Source of the DNA: a virus
Strand: one strand, 5' to 3'
IMG/VR virus record: IMGVR_UViG_3300029705_000062
Length of the DNA: 64,000 bases
The translations under genes and the position numbers were made by a program. Below the pieces are notes generated by a model. That model had not been told where the DNA came from, searched no databases, and saw only the letters and a list, made by a program, of their open reading frames with translations. Shown piece by piece: positions 10,657 through 20,155 of the stretch; positions within the stretch are counted from its first letter, which is position 1, and each line of letters starts with the position of its first letter.

Positions 10657-13600
10657 ATGGCTTTATATAATAATGTACCCACATTTAGTTATATCCATGC
10701 AACTGGTGTGTCAGTAATATGGAATGGTGAGCTTTATATGGTGCAGGATTTTTCAACAAACTTAAAATATGTTTATTGGAATGCAGATTTACCAAACCAG
10801 TTAAATGCTTCAAACATTATGCCAAACAGATCAACTAAGCAACATTTAGTATTAATAAATGATAATGGTGTTGCAACTGAAGTTCCTCCTACTACAGAAG
10901 ATTTTTCTATTAATTATGATGGAAATAATGTTCAAGCTATTAAAGATAGGATTTTTGGATTATACGAAAAAAATGAAAACTTTGGAAATAAATTTGTTGC
11001 AATAGAACAAGACATTGACGGAATTAAGCAGATTGTAGGTAACTCAGGGGAAAGTTCAGACGGAAGTTTAATTGATAAAGTTTCTAAAATAGAGCAAACT
11101 GTTGAAGAAATAGATTTATCTGTCAAAGAAGTTTCTAAAAAATATAATGATGATAAAGAAACTAATAAATTAAGAGAAGACTTAAATAGCTCTATTATAA
11201 AGTTAAATTCTACTTTAGGTACTTTTAAAGGTGAATTAACAGGCTATTTTAAAAATAATGAAATAACATCTGAGGAAAAAGTTAAGATAGAAACTCAGTT
11301 AGGTATATTAACAAATGAGAAAACTGTACTTGACGGACTTGTTGATACAGTTAAACTAATAGCTGAAAATAACAATCAAACACAAGATGTTGTAGCAATA
11401 GAATCAGCTAAACAAGCTCTACAGATAGCACATGATAATTTATGTAACAACATAACAAATGCTACTATAGATGATATTATAACACCTACTGAAAATACTA
11501 TTATAATAGATGGATTTGCTAAGTATAATTTAAGAATTAATGAATTAAAGAAAACTTGTGATGATGTCATAATACTTGGACTTGGTGGAGTTATAACGGA
11601 AGAGTTGGCTAACATAAATATAAAATCTGATGAAATAAAATTATCTGTTTCTAAGGTTGAAAGTGATTTTAAAAGTGATATGAGTGTTCAAAAGATTGAA
11701 TTTGAAAATCAAATTAAAGATGTTAGTATAGCACTTAATAATTTTGAAAATACTGTTAATACAACTTTTAAAGATGGAATAATAGATGAAGCAGAGAAAC
11801 AACTTCTTCAAGAAAAGATAGGTTTGATTGATAAGGAAAAAGTGGATATAGACTCAAGGTATAATTCTATATCAGAAGATTTAAACTTATCTGAGGAATT
11901 AAAATCTGAATTAACTGCTAAGTACAATGAATATTGTAGTAAGCATAGTGAGTTAAAAGAAAAGATTAATCATGTAATATCAGATGATATGGTTAATGAT
12001 GCTGAAAAATTAGAAGTTGATACTTTGTTTAAAGCCTATGCTAACTCTCTTGCATATTTTTCTGCTTTAATAAACAAGGCTATAGAAGATATTACATTTA
12101 ATACATCTAAAGCTGAGTTGGAAAAGGCTAAGGAGGAACTTCAAAGTAGTATAAACGGAGTAAAAGATACTATTGAAGGTATAGATAAGGTTTTAGATGG
12201 AACATTTGAAAATAATATACTAGATGAAGTTGAGAGAGAAAATATCAAGCAAAATTTAGAAAATTTATCTAGGGAAAAATTAGATATAGATAAAACATAC
12301 ACAGAACTGTATGAAAATACTTATCTAACAGGACAAGATAAAATAGATTTAAAAAATCATTATGATAATTATATTTCTAAGTATAATGAGGTTGTAAATG
12401 TATCAAATGGTATATTAGAAAAAGAAGAATTAATCGACAATGTTGATAGAGCAAATATGAATAGTGCTATTGCTAAACATAATGAAGCTCTTTCTTTCTT
12501 CTACACTCAGGCTAATAAATCTATTGATGTTATAGCAACTAATAAAGTAAATAGTGCAAAGAATGAATTGTCTAATAATATTGATAAAATAAGAAATGAT
12601 GTTAGTGGACTAAATGACTACATTGATGGAACTTTTAAAAATAATGTTATAGATGATGCAGAAAGAAAATCTATATCGCAAAATATAGAAACTCTAAATA
12701 GAGAAAAAGCAGATATAGATAAGACATATGAAGTATTATACTCAAATGTATACTTAGAAGGAAGTTTAAAAGTAGATTTAAAAAATAGTTATGATGATTT
12801 TGTTTCTAAACATAATAATGTTTTAAGTGTTATACAAAATATCTTAGATAAGGAAACACTTATAAATGATAATGATAGAGAAAATATGAGCAATTCATTT
12901 ACTGAATTAAACTCATCTCTTTCTATACTTATAAATAATATAAGTAAGGCATCTGAATATGTAACTATAAAAAGTATAGAAGCTACAAAATTAGAGTTAC
13001 AAGAACAAATAAAAGGTGCAAATGATAGAATAGATGATGTTATTTCAGAAGTTGAAGGAGTTTTAGGTGATGGTATTATTGATGAAGCTGAGACTATAAC
13101 TATTGCCGATAATATAAATAGACTTAACAAAGAAAAGCTAGAAATAGATGCTAAGTATGAAACTATTTATAATAACTCTGATTTAGATGGAGATGTAAAA
13201 ACTCAATTAGCTAATGCCAAGAAAGATTTTGATACTAAATTCTCTTCTGTTGTTGATACTATAAATACTATAGTTGACGATAAAAAGATTACAGATGAAG
13301 AAAGACTTAAATTTCAAAATGATATAAATTCTTACAATACAAGTTTTGCTAATTTAGTTAAACATTTTGATATATGCATTGACTATATTGCTAATAAAAA
13401 AGTAGACAATGTATCAAGTTCTCTATCAAAAGAGTTACAAGAACTACAAGGTGCATTAGGTGGTTTAGAAGAAACTATGAATGGAACTTTTAAAGACGGT
13501 ATTTTATCTGATGCTGAGAAAAATGCTATAAAGCAAAATTTAAAAACATTAGAAACCAGTAAGTTAAATGTAGACAAGCAATATGATGTAGTCTACAACA

Positions 13601-15165
13601 ATGAAGCTCTTACTGGTAATGTAAAAACTGAGTTAGAAAGTTCTTATAATAATTATATTTCAAAATATAATTCTTTAGTAGTAGTTATAAATAATATCTT
13701 GGATAAAACAGGATTATTAGTTGAAGCTGATAATACAACTCTTAACAATGCTTTTAAAGAACATAATACAGCAATGAGTTCCTATAATGAAAAAGTAAAT
13801 ATAGCAATAGACTACATTGCTACAAAAAATATAGAAAATGCAAAAAATGAGCTTTCTAATAATATTAATGAGTTAAATGGAGCATTAAATAATTTAGAAA
13901 GTACAATGAATAATGCTTTCAAAGACGGTGTTTTATCAGAAGCAGAAAAGAGTTCTATAAAGCAACATTTATTATCTGTATCAAGTAAAAAATCTGATAT
14001 AGATAAAAGATATGCAACATTATGTGCAAATGAAAATTTAGAGGAAGAGCCAAAAGCCAATTTAACAACAGCTTACAATAGTTATATAAGTTCATATAAT
14101 TCTCTTGTTAAAGTAATTAATAATATACTTGAAAAAGAAGGTTTAATAGATAGTACAGATCAAACTGATTTAAATAATGCATTTAAGGAACATGATAATA
14201 AATTAGGTTTATATACAACTGCTGATTTAAATGCACTTAATTCCATAGCAAAGAAGAAGGCTGAAGTTGAAAGTGAAAAGGTTGATAAGAAATATGCTGA
14301 AATAATCCTTGATCCTGAAAATGGAATACTAAGTAAGGTGGAGCATGTTAATGAACAACTGAATGGAGATGGTGGAATAAACCAAAGACTTCAACTTGCA
14401 GAAGAAAAAATTACAGCAGAAGGTATAACTCAAATTGTTAAAGATATTGAATATATTAAAGATATTGAGGCAGGAGTTGAAACAAATAGGCAAAATATAT
14501 CTGAGATAGACCAAAAGGCTGATAGTATAAATCTAAAAGTTGAAAGCAAGGCAGATAGTTCTAATATAATTAGTTTGATAAATGTTTCAACAGAAGGTAT
14601 TAAAATAAAAGCAGATAAAGTTAATATAACTGGATTTGTTACATTTAGTGATTTATCAGGAACAGGAACTACTACCATAAATGGGAGTAATATAAAGACA
14701 GGTACTATAAATGCAAATTTAGCAAATATAATTAATATTAATGCAAGTAATATAGTAACAGGTACACTTAATGCAAGTCTTATAAATGTTACTAACCTTA
14801 ATGCAAGTAATATAACTACAGGTACATTAAGTGGTGATAGGATAACTGGTGGTATAATAGAGGGTACAACATTAAAAACGGTTGAACCTAGTACAGTAGG
14901 TGGAGTTTGGATAAAAAGAGATGGACTACAGCTTGGTTCAACAACTTTTCATTATGTTGATGATAAATTTAAAATAGAAGCAACCCAAAACGTATCTATA
15001 TCTACTATGGATGAAATACATTTAATGGCAGGTTTAAAACAAGACGGTACACCTGACCCAAATAAAGAAAGACTTATAAATTTAAGTGGTAAAGTAACTT
15101 GCAACTCACTTTATGTCAATGGAGTTCAAATAACTGGAAATGGTGGAGTAGCTGTTTTCGGATAG
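10657..15165 (+). CDS. Large modular tail fibre / host-specificity protein (1,502 aa)
   Basis: RBS aaggaggtgg. Six ~143-aa coiled-coil modules. The C-terminus has NASNI.TGT.. repeats typical of fibre tips. Confidence 0.7.
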   Translation: MALYNNVPTFSYIHATGVSVIWNGELYMVQDFSTNLKYVYWNADLPNQLNASNIMPNRSTKQHLVLINDNGVATEVPPTTEDFSINYDGNNVQAIKDRIFGLYEKNENFGNKFVAIEQDIDGIKQIVGNSGESSDGSLIDKVSKIEQTVEEIDLSVKEVSKKYNDDKETNKLREDLNSSIIKLNSTLGTFKGELTGYFKNNEITSEEKVKIETQLGILTNEKTVLDGLVDTVKLIAENNNQTQDVVAIESAKQALQIAHDNLCNNITNATIDDIITPTENTIIIDGFAKYNLRINELKKTCDDVIILGLGGVITEELANINIKSDEIKLSVSKVESDFKSDMSVQKIEFENQIKDVSIALNNFENTVNTTFKDGIIDEAEKQLLQEKIGLIDKEKVDIDSRYNSISEDLNLSEELKSELTAKYNEYCSKHSELKEKINHVISDDMVNDAEKLEVDTLFKAYANSLAYFSALINKAIEDITFNTSKAELEKAKEELQSSINGVKDTIEGIDKVLDGTFENNILDEVERENIKQNLENLSREKLDIDKTYTELYENTYLTGQDKIDLKNHYDNYISKYNEVVNVSNGILEKEELIDNVDRANMNSAIAKHNEALSFFYTQANKSIDVIATNKVNSAKNELSNNIDKIRNDVSGLNDYIDGTFKNNVIDDAERKSISQNIETLNREKADIDKTYEVLYSNVYLEGSLKVDLKNSYDDFVSKHNNVLSVIQNILDKETLINDNDRENMSNSFTELNSSLSILINNISKASEYVTIKSIEATKLELQEQIKGANDRIDDVISEVEGVLGDGIIDEAETITIADNINRLNKEKLEIDAKYETIYNNSDLDGDVKTQLANAKKDFDTKFSSVVDTINTIVDDKKITDEERLKFQNDINSYNTSFANLVKHFDICIDYIANKKVDNVSSSLSKELQELQGALGGLEETMNGTFKDGILSDAEKNAIKQNLKTLETSKLNVDKQYDVVYNNEALTGNVKTELESSYNNYISKYNSLVVVINNILDKTGLLVEADNTTLNNAFKEHNTAMSSYNEKVNIAIDYIATKNIENAKNELSNNINELNGALNNLESTMNNAFKDGVLSEAEKSSIKQHLLSVSSKKSDIDKRYATLCANENLEEEPKANLTTAYNSYISSYNSLVKVINNILEKEGLIDSTDQTDLNNAFKEHDNKLGLYTTADLNALNSIAKKKAEVESEKVDKKYAEIILDPENGILSKVEHVNEQLNGDGGINQRLQLAEEKITAEGITQIVKDIEYIKDIEAGVETNRQNISEIDQKADSINLKVESKADSSNIISLINVSTEGIKIKADKVNITGFVTFSDLSGTGTTTINGSNIKTGTINANLANIININASNIVTGTLNASLINVTNLNASNITTGTLSGDRITGGIIEGTTLKTVEPSTVGGVWIKRDGLQLGSTTFHYVDDKFKIEATQNVSISTMDEIHLMAGLKQDGTPDPNKERLINLSGKVTCNSLYVNGVQITGNGGVAVFG
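11650..14300 (+). repeat. Six tandem ~420-445-nt coding modules in the fibre gene (approximate bounds)
   Basis: Recurrent G[TV]F[KE][DN][GN][IV][IL][DS][DE]AE[KR]..I.QN...L...K..IDK.Y...Y.N..L.G..K..L...Y..[YF][IV]SK[HY]N. Confidence 0.75.
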
Positions 15166-15175
15166 GGGGTAAATA

Positions 15176-16531
15176 ATGGCACAATTATATGTAAACACAG
15201 TTACAGCTAGTAGTTTTAGGTGGAGTGTAACAGGCTTGGGAAGTAGTTTTACATCTTCAAATTATACAAGTGTAGGTATATCTACAAGTTATTTTACAAG
15301 TGGAACTACTACTAGACCAAATGTATTAACCTATACACAAAGTTATACAGGTACAACATCAACTAATACAACTACTTTTTATCATAGTTTAAGTGCAGGT
15401 ACTTATACTTTATATGGATTTGCTTCAACTGGTGGAAAGTATTATAGTTGTGGTAGTGTTACAATAACTGTTCCAAGCTCAGATTCAACCGCTCCAACAA
15501 TAGGAACTCTAACCGTTGATGTACCTTCTCATGGATATGTCAATACAACAACATTTACCGCAAGTGCTGTTGTAACAGATAATGTTGGGGTTTCAAATGT
15601 TACATGTACTTTTAATGGATCAACTTATTCGTATGGTAGTAAAAGTGGAAGTACATATTACTTTAGATTAAATACTCCAACTTCAGGAGCAACTAGAACT
15701 CTTACTTTTAATGCTTATGATAGTGCAGGTAACAGTAGATCAAAATCTACTTCTGTATGGTGTTGTTATGACGGTACAGCTCCTTCTATATCATATATAG
15801 AAGCTGTGAGTGTAGGTACTGCAATTAAAGTTGGACTTACTGCAAGTGATTCTTTGTCAGGGGTAGGAGAAGTTTCATATAGAATATCTCCACCTTCTAG
15901 TAGCCAACCTGCTGAAAGTTCCTTTGGAAACCTACAATCAATAGATGTGTCAAACGGAGGGAGTAATTCATACACCTACTATTCGGATGGTAATGGCAAT
16001 AGTCTTTCATATGGTAGTAAATATTGGATTCAATATACCGTAAAAGATAAAGCAGGAAATTATAGTAGTAAAAAATATGCTTCCTGTGTAGTAGAGTATG
16101 CAAAGCCAAGTGCTTGGACTTGGACTCAAGCAGAATTAAATGCTTTTCAAAATGGTGGAAGTATATCGACATTAACATGGCAAAGGTGGAATGCATTTGT
16201 TGACAATGTAGTGGCAATGGCAAAGTGGAAAATAGGAGATAGTTACACACAATATGATTTAGCAAATGCTAGAATGACACAAGATAATAAAAAACTTACT
16301 GCTAATAAATTTAATTTAGTTAGATTTGCAATAGGAAGTATGAACTCTAGTGGAAGTGGCATTTCGGCTGTTGTAAGTGGGGATAGAGTTATGGGTTCGT
16401 ACTTCACACAGCTAAGAGATAGATTAAATGGAATAGAAAGAAGTTCAGCAATAGGCTCAATGGAACAAATTCACAACATAGATTTGTTATATGATATAGG
16501 GAGAATAGAAGATGCAATTAGAAGCGAGTAA
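15176..16531 (+). CDS. Tail accessory protein with Ig-like/FN3-like S/T-rich domains
   Basis: RBS tagggggt. Contains ..STAPTIGTLTVDVPSHGY..TDNVGVSNVTCTFNG.. and ..GTAPSISYIEAVS..TASDSLSGVGEVSYRI.. Confidence 0.5.
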   Translation: MAQLYVNTVTASSFRWSVTGLGSSFTSSNYTSVGISTSYFTSGTTTRPNVLTYTQSYTGTTSTNTTTFYHSLSAGTYTLYGFASTGGKYYSCGSVTITVPSSDSTAPTIGTLTVDVPSHGYVNTTTFTASAVVTDNVGVSNVTCTFNGSTYSYGSKSGSTYYFRLNTPTSGATRTLTFNAYDSAGNSRSKSTSVWCCYDGTAPSISYIEAVSVGTAIKVGLTASDSLSGVGEVSYRISPPSSSQPAESSFGNLQSIDVSNGGSNSYTYYSDGNGNSLSYGSKYWIQYTVKDKAGNYSSKKYASCVVEYAKPSAWTWTQAELNAFQNGGSISTLTWQRWNAFVDNVVAMAKWKIGDSYTQYDLANARMTQDNKKLTANKFNLVRFAIGSMNSSGSGISAVVSGDRVMGSYFTQLRDRLNGIERSSAIGSMEQIHNIDLLYDIGRIEDAIRSE

Positions 16532-16661
16532 ATTATACAATGTTGCACTAGAGCAATGTATGGTATTACAACAACAAGTAATAGAATTAAGAGCTTTATA
16601 TTTACAAGCAAAGGAAGAATTAGATAGATTAAAAAGCGAAGGAATTGAACTAAGCGAATAG
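16512..16661 (+). CDS. Small coiled-coil protein (49 aa), below the ORF-track cutoff
   Basis: ATG at 16512 follows gggag. Encodes MQLEASKLYNVALEQCMVLQQQVIELRALYLQAKEELDRLKSEGIELSE. Overlaps the upstream gene by 20 nt and ends 11 nt before the next gene. Confidence 0.5.
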   Translation: MQLEASKLYNVALEQCMVLQQQVIELRALYLQAKEELDRLKSEGIELSE

Positions 16662-16672
16662 AAGGTGATATT

Positions 16673-17422
16673 ATGGCAAGTCAAGTGATACCTTTTAGAA
16701 AAATAAAAAAAATAGATATAATTAATGTAAAAGGCGGTATAACTGCAAGTGATGTTATGAAAAAATACAAACCTGATATATTAATTAACTTAGCTTTATA
16801 TGATGTAAACTCAGGAACAAATATAACTTATTTAGAAGATGAAAATATTTCTAGTGGGTATTTATTTTCAAATAATGGAATTGGAATAAAAAATGATAAA
16901 GAATTAGTATGGACTACTTTTGATAATTCTAAATCTAGTAAAGATATTAGAGACTATGTATCAGGTAGTCCTGTTTTGGTTTCAAATGGTAAAGTTGATA
17001 TAGACTGGGGAAATAAATACTCATCATATGTTAATGGAACTCACAAAAGAAGTGCAATAGGATTTAATGATAATAGTTTAATTCTTATATGCACTGATAA
17101 TGAAGTTAAATTAAATTCACTAGCAAATACTTGTGTAAATAACTTTGGTGCAAAGTTTATGATTAACTGTGATGGTGGAGGTAGTTGCCATTTACAAGTA
17201 GGAACAAAAATATATGTTAAAAGCACAAGAAAAAATGCCAGTTGGTTGCTAGTATATCTAAGAGGTGAAAATGATATGGTAGTCAAAGTAGACGGAAAAG
17301 AATATGATTTTGATGCTGTAACTAAAGATGGATACACTTATGTAAAGTTAAGGGACTTTGAACAAGCAGGTTATTTGATAGGATATGAAAATAATATGCC
17401 TTCAATAGATAAGCCAAAATAG
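16673..17422 (+). CDS. Phosphodiester glycosidase (NAGPA/DUF2233-like) domain protein with a C-terminal stalk-like domain
   Basis: ..SGSPVLVSNGKVDI..HKRSAIGFNDNSLILICTD..FMINCDGGGSC.. The C-terminus is VKVDGKEYDFDAVTKDGYTYVKLRDF. Confidence 0.65.
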   Translation: MASQVIPFRKIKKIDIINVKGGITASDVMKKYKPDILINLALYDVNSGTNITYLEDENISSGYLFSNNGIGIKNDKELVWTTFDNSKSSKDIRDYVSGSPVLVSNGKVDIDWGNKYSSYVNGTHKRSAIGFNDNSLILICTDNEVKLNSLANTCVNNFGAKFMINCDGGGSCHLQVGTKIYVKSTRKNASWLLVYLRGENDMVVKVDGKEYDFDAVTKDGYTYVKLRDFEQAGYLIGYENNMPSIDKPK

Positions 17423-17433
17423 GGGGTGTGCTT

Positions 17434-17763
17434 TTGCTTAAAATAGATAATAAAAGAAGAATACAGATAGTAAAAGGTGATACAGCTATATTTGACATAA
17501 CTGTAAATAATTATGAATTTGTAGAAGGTGATAAAATCTATTTTACAGTTAAAACAAGTGTAGGTGATACAGAAAGTATCATACAAAAAGTTGTCTCTGT
17601 TTTTGATGAAAATAAAGCTAAGGTAATTTTTTGTAAAGAAGACACAAATGTAGATGTGGGTGTATATCTATATGATGTACAATGCTCACTTACAAATGGA
17701 GTTGTTGATACTATTATTCCTCCTACTAGATTTGAAGTGTTAGGGGGAGTAACACATGATTAG
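17434..17763 (+). CDS. Small tail-module protein, function unknown
   Basis: TTG at 17434 lies 7 nt after aggggg. The track GTG at 17428 is too close to the RBS. Confidence 0.5.
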   Translation: MLKIDNKRRIQIVKGDTAIFDITVNNYEFVEGDKIYFTVKTSVGDTESIIQKVVSVFDENKAKVIFCKEDTNVDVGVYLYDVQCSLTNGVVDTIIPPTRFEVLGGVTHD

Positions 17764-18670
17764 ACAGAAGTTGAGGTCATACAGTAACTCTATGAATAGT
17801 TTAGAATGTGATATTTCTGTAGGTAGAGGAGAAAAAGGTGAAGCCTTTACATTTGATGACTTTACTCAGGAGCAATTAGAACTACTAAGAGGAGAAAAAG
17901 GTGACAAAGGTCAACCATTTACTTATGACGATTTTACCCAAGACCAGTTAGAATCACTAAAAGGTGAAAAAGGTGATAAAGGTGAAAAGGGAGATACTGG
18001 TACACAAGGGGAAAAAGGTGATAAAGGAGATGCCTTTACTTACAATGACTTTACCCCTGAACAACTTGAGTTGCTAAAAGGTGAAAAAGGTGAAGCAGGA
18101 GATAAGGGACAAGATGGCAAGAATATTGAACTTAATAAATCAGATTCTCATATCCAATATAAGCATACTGGTGAAGAAGAGTGGATAGATTTAGTTCCAT
18201 TAGATGATTTAAAAGTTAAGGATGAAGTTATAGATACTCTTTTATCTCAAATTCAACAGCTTACAGATAGAATTACTGCACTTGAAGAAAATGGGGTTAA
18301 ACCACCTGAAGATAAACAAGCTCCTACCTTTATAGGGTTAATTTCTCCATTTAAGGATATAAGTGATATCACATATACAGATTTAGATGTAGATACAGTT
18401 CAAAAAAATATTGTATCTAAACCACAGTCTGTATATGCTCATAGTTCAGGAACTCAATTTAACAGGTCTTGTATTATAGCCATACCTAAATCATTTGGTA
18501 CTATAACAGGAGTTGTTGATGGAGCAGATATAAGTATAACTGGCTCTTATCATTGGAGTGAAGTAAATCTTGAAGTGCCTAATATCGGAACAGTTGAATA
18601 TATAATAGGTGGAAATAAAAAAGCTCAGGCTTATAATAATTCTTCTGTTGTTAAATGGAGTTTAGTATAA
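17756..18670 (+). CDS. Collagen-like repeat tail fibre protein
   Basis: RBS gggggag. Three FT[FY][DN]DFT.[ED]QLE.L[KR]GEKG units are interleaved with G-X-Y runs (GEKGDKGEKGDTGTQGEKGDKGD). Confidence 0.65.
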   Translation: MIRQKLRSYSNSMNSLECDISVGRGEKGEAFTFDDFTQEQLELLRGEKGDKGQPFTYDDFTQDQLESLKGEKGDKGEKGDTGTQGEKGDKGDAFTYNDFTPEQLELLKGEKGEAGDKGQDGKNIELNKSDSHIQYKHTGEEEWIDLVPLDDLKVKDEVIDTLLSQIQQLTDRITALEENGVKPPEDKQAPTFIGLISPFKDISDITYTDLDVDTVQKNIVSKPQSVYAHSSGTQFNRSCIIAIPKSFGTITGVVDGADISITGSYHWSEVNLEVPNIGTVEYIIGGNKKAQAYNNSSVVKWSLV

Positions 18671-18695
18671 ATAATTGTAAAGGGGTGAATTTATC

Positions 18696-19094
18696 TTGAA
18701 AGATTTTATAATGGAAATAGATAACTCTTATCCTATTCCTTCCCAAGTTTCCATAATGTCAGGCAATGAGCCTATAGATATGCGACAAACTTGTGATACT
18801 GTTGATGATTTTGAAAAATTTAAAACTGATACAGGTATGGAGTTAAGATATGGGGGTCTTATAACTTATGAAAAAAGTACTAAGTTATTTAAAGGCTGTA
18901 TAGAAAATGAAGATGGAACTTTTTCTTGGACTGACCTTAATATTGAAGGAGAGAAAACAATAGTTGAACAAATAATTGAAACAAAAATAGTAGAAATGAA
19001 AGATACTGTTAATCAATTACAAGAAAAAGTTTCTTCTGTTATGCTTGAATTTGAAGAAAGCATGAGATTAATGAGTTTAGATTTTAATCAATAA
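18696..19094 (+). CDS. Hypothetical tail-module protein
   Basis: TTG start 7 nt after aaaggggtga. Followed by a terminator. Confidence 0.45.
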   Translation: MKDFIMEIDNSYPIPSQVSIMSGNEPIDMRQTCDTVDDFEKFKTDTGMELRYGGLITYEKSTKLFKGCIENEDGTFSWTDLNIEGEKTIVEQIIETKIVEMKDTVNQLQEKVSSVMLEFEESMRLMSLDFNQ

Positions 19095-19103
19095 GACAAA
19101 AAA

Positions 19104-19147
19104 AACCAAGTTGTGTTAAGTCAATTAGCATTAACTTGGTTTTTATT
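19104..19147 (+). terminator. Rho-independent terminator
   Basis: aaccaagtt (19104-12) pairs with aacttggtt (19133-41), followed by ttttattt. Confidence 0.7.
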
Positions 19148-19189
19148 TATAAATAATAAAAAATATATATTAAGAAAGGTGATTTTAAA

Positions 19190-20065
19190 ATGTCAACAAA
19201 AAATGCAAAGTACAGAGTAAAAAATGCAATGGGTGAGTATGAAGTAGTTCACCTAGAAACTAATGTGGATCAAGTTGTAGAAAATGAACACAAGCAATTC
19301 GTATCTGCTGATAAGAAAGCTCAATATGATGAAAATACTATCTTTAACACAGATATGCTAACTGTTAATGCTTTAGGTGGTATAAAGGCAGGGGAAAACT
19401 TAGACAATATGCCTGTTCAACAACTTTTAACTAAGTTATTATACCCATATGTAGCTCCAACTATAAGTGCTACTGCTTCTCCAAACGGTGGTACTTTTGA
19501 AAAAGGTAATGGTCAAAACGTTACTAGCATAAAAGCTGTTGTTACAAAGAAATCTGAAAAGATAACTAAAGTTGAAGTATTTGATGGATCAGTTTCTTTA
19601 GGTGTACAAACAGAAGGAGTTGAAAATGGTGGAACATTTACTTTCCCTGTAAATGTAGCTGTTTCTTCTAATAAAGGTTTCCAAGCTAAAGTAACTGATG
19701 CTATTGGTAAAGTTTACTCAGCTAACACAGGAAGCTTCAACTTTGTTTACCCTTATTACATGGGAATATGTGCTGAAGATGCTGTAATAGATGCAGAATT
19801 AGTAAAAGGTCTTACTAAGAAAGTAGAAGCAAAAGGTAATAAATCTAATGCTTTTACTTGCGATTATCAAAGAATGGTATTTGCTTATCCAAAAGCTCAT
19901 GGTAAGTTAAAGTCTATAATAGACCCAAATAATTTTGATGTTACAGGAACATTTGGTGTACAAGAAGTAACTATAACAGGATTAGATGGTACTGCTCAAG
20001 CATACTATGTATATGTAAATAGTGCATCAACTGTATCTAACTTCACTATGAAATTTAACTATTAA
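19190..20065 (+). CDS. Fibre / receptor-binding-like structural protein
   Basis: RBS aagaaaggtga. The N-terminal KYRVKNAMGEYEVVHLETNVDQV is shared with gene 22258. Confidence 0.5.
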   Translation: MSTKNAKYRVKNAMGEYEVVHLETNVDQVVENEHKQFVSADKKAQYDENTIFNTDMLTVNALGGIKAGENLDNMPVQQLLTKLLYPYVAPTISATASPNGGTFEKGNGQNVTSIKAVVTKKSEKITKVEVFDGSVSLGVQTEGVENGGTFTFPVNVAVSSNKGFQAKVTDAIGKVYSANTGSFNFVYPYYMGICAEDAVIDAELVKGLTKKVEAKGNKSNAFTCDYQRMVFAYPKAHGKLKSIIDPNNFDVTGTFGVQEVTITGLDGTAQAYYVYVNSASTVSNFTMKFNY

Positions 20066-20087
20066 TCATAATAATTTAACAATAATT

Positions 20088-20121
20088 CCCCTTACTAAAA
20101 ATAAAGTAAGGGGATAATTTT
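20088..20121 (+). terminator. Rho-independent terminator
   Basis: ccccttac-(10 nt)-gtaagggg followed by ataatttt. Confidence 0.65.
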
Positions 20122-20155
20122 AAAATATTAACTATTCAAAAGGGGGACTATTAAT

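Noticed and set aside
11650-14300. Tandem ~430-nt repeats as a possible CRISPR or other non-coding array
   Set aside because: The repeats are in-frame coding modules of one continuous ORF. They lack the short identical repeats and unique spacers of a CRISPR array. No CRISPR array was seen anywhere in the window.
18966-18981. Extra copies of CAAATAATTGAA inside coding regions (18966-81, and the minus strand near ~57105 and ~60505)
   Set aside because: In each case the sequence simply encodes Q-I-I-E in frame. They were treated as coincidental and not counted with the intergenic boxes.
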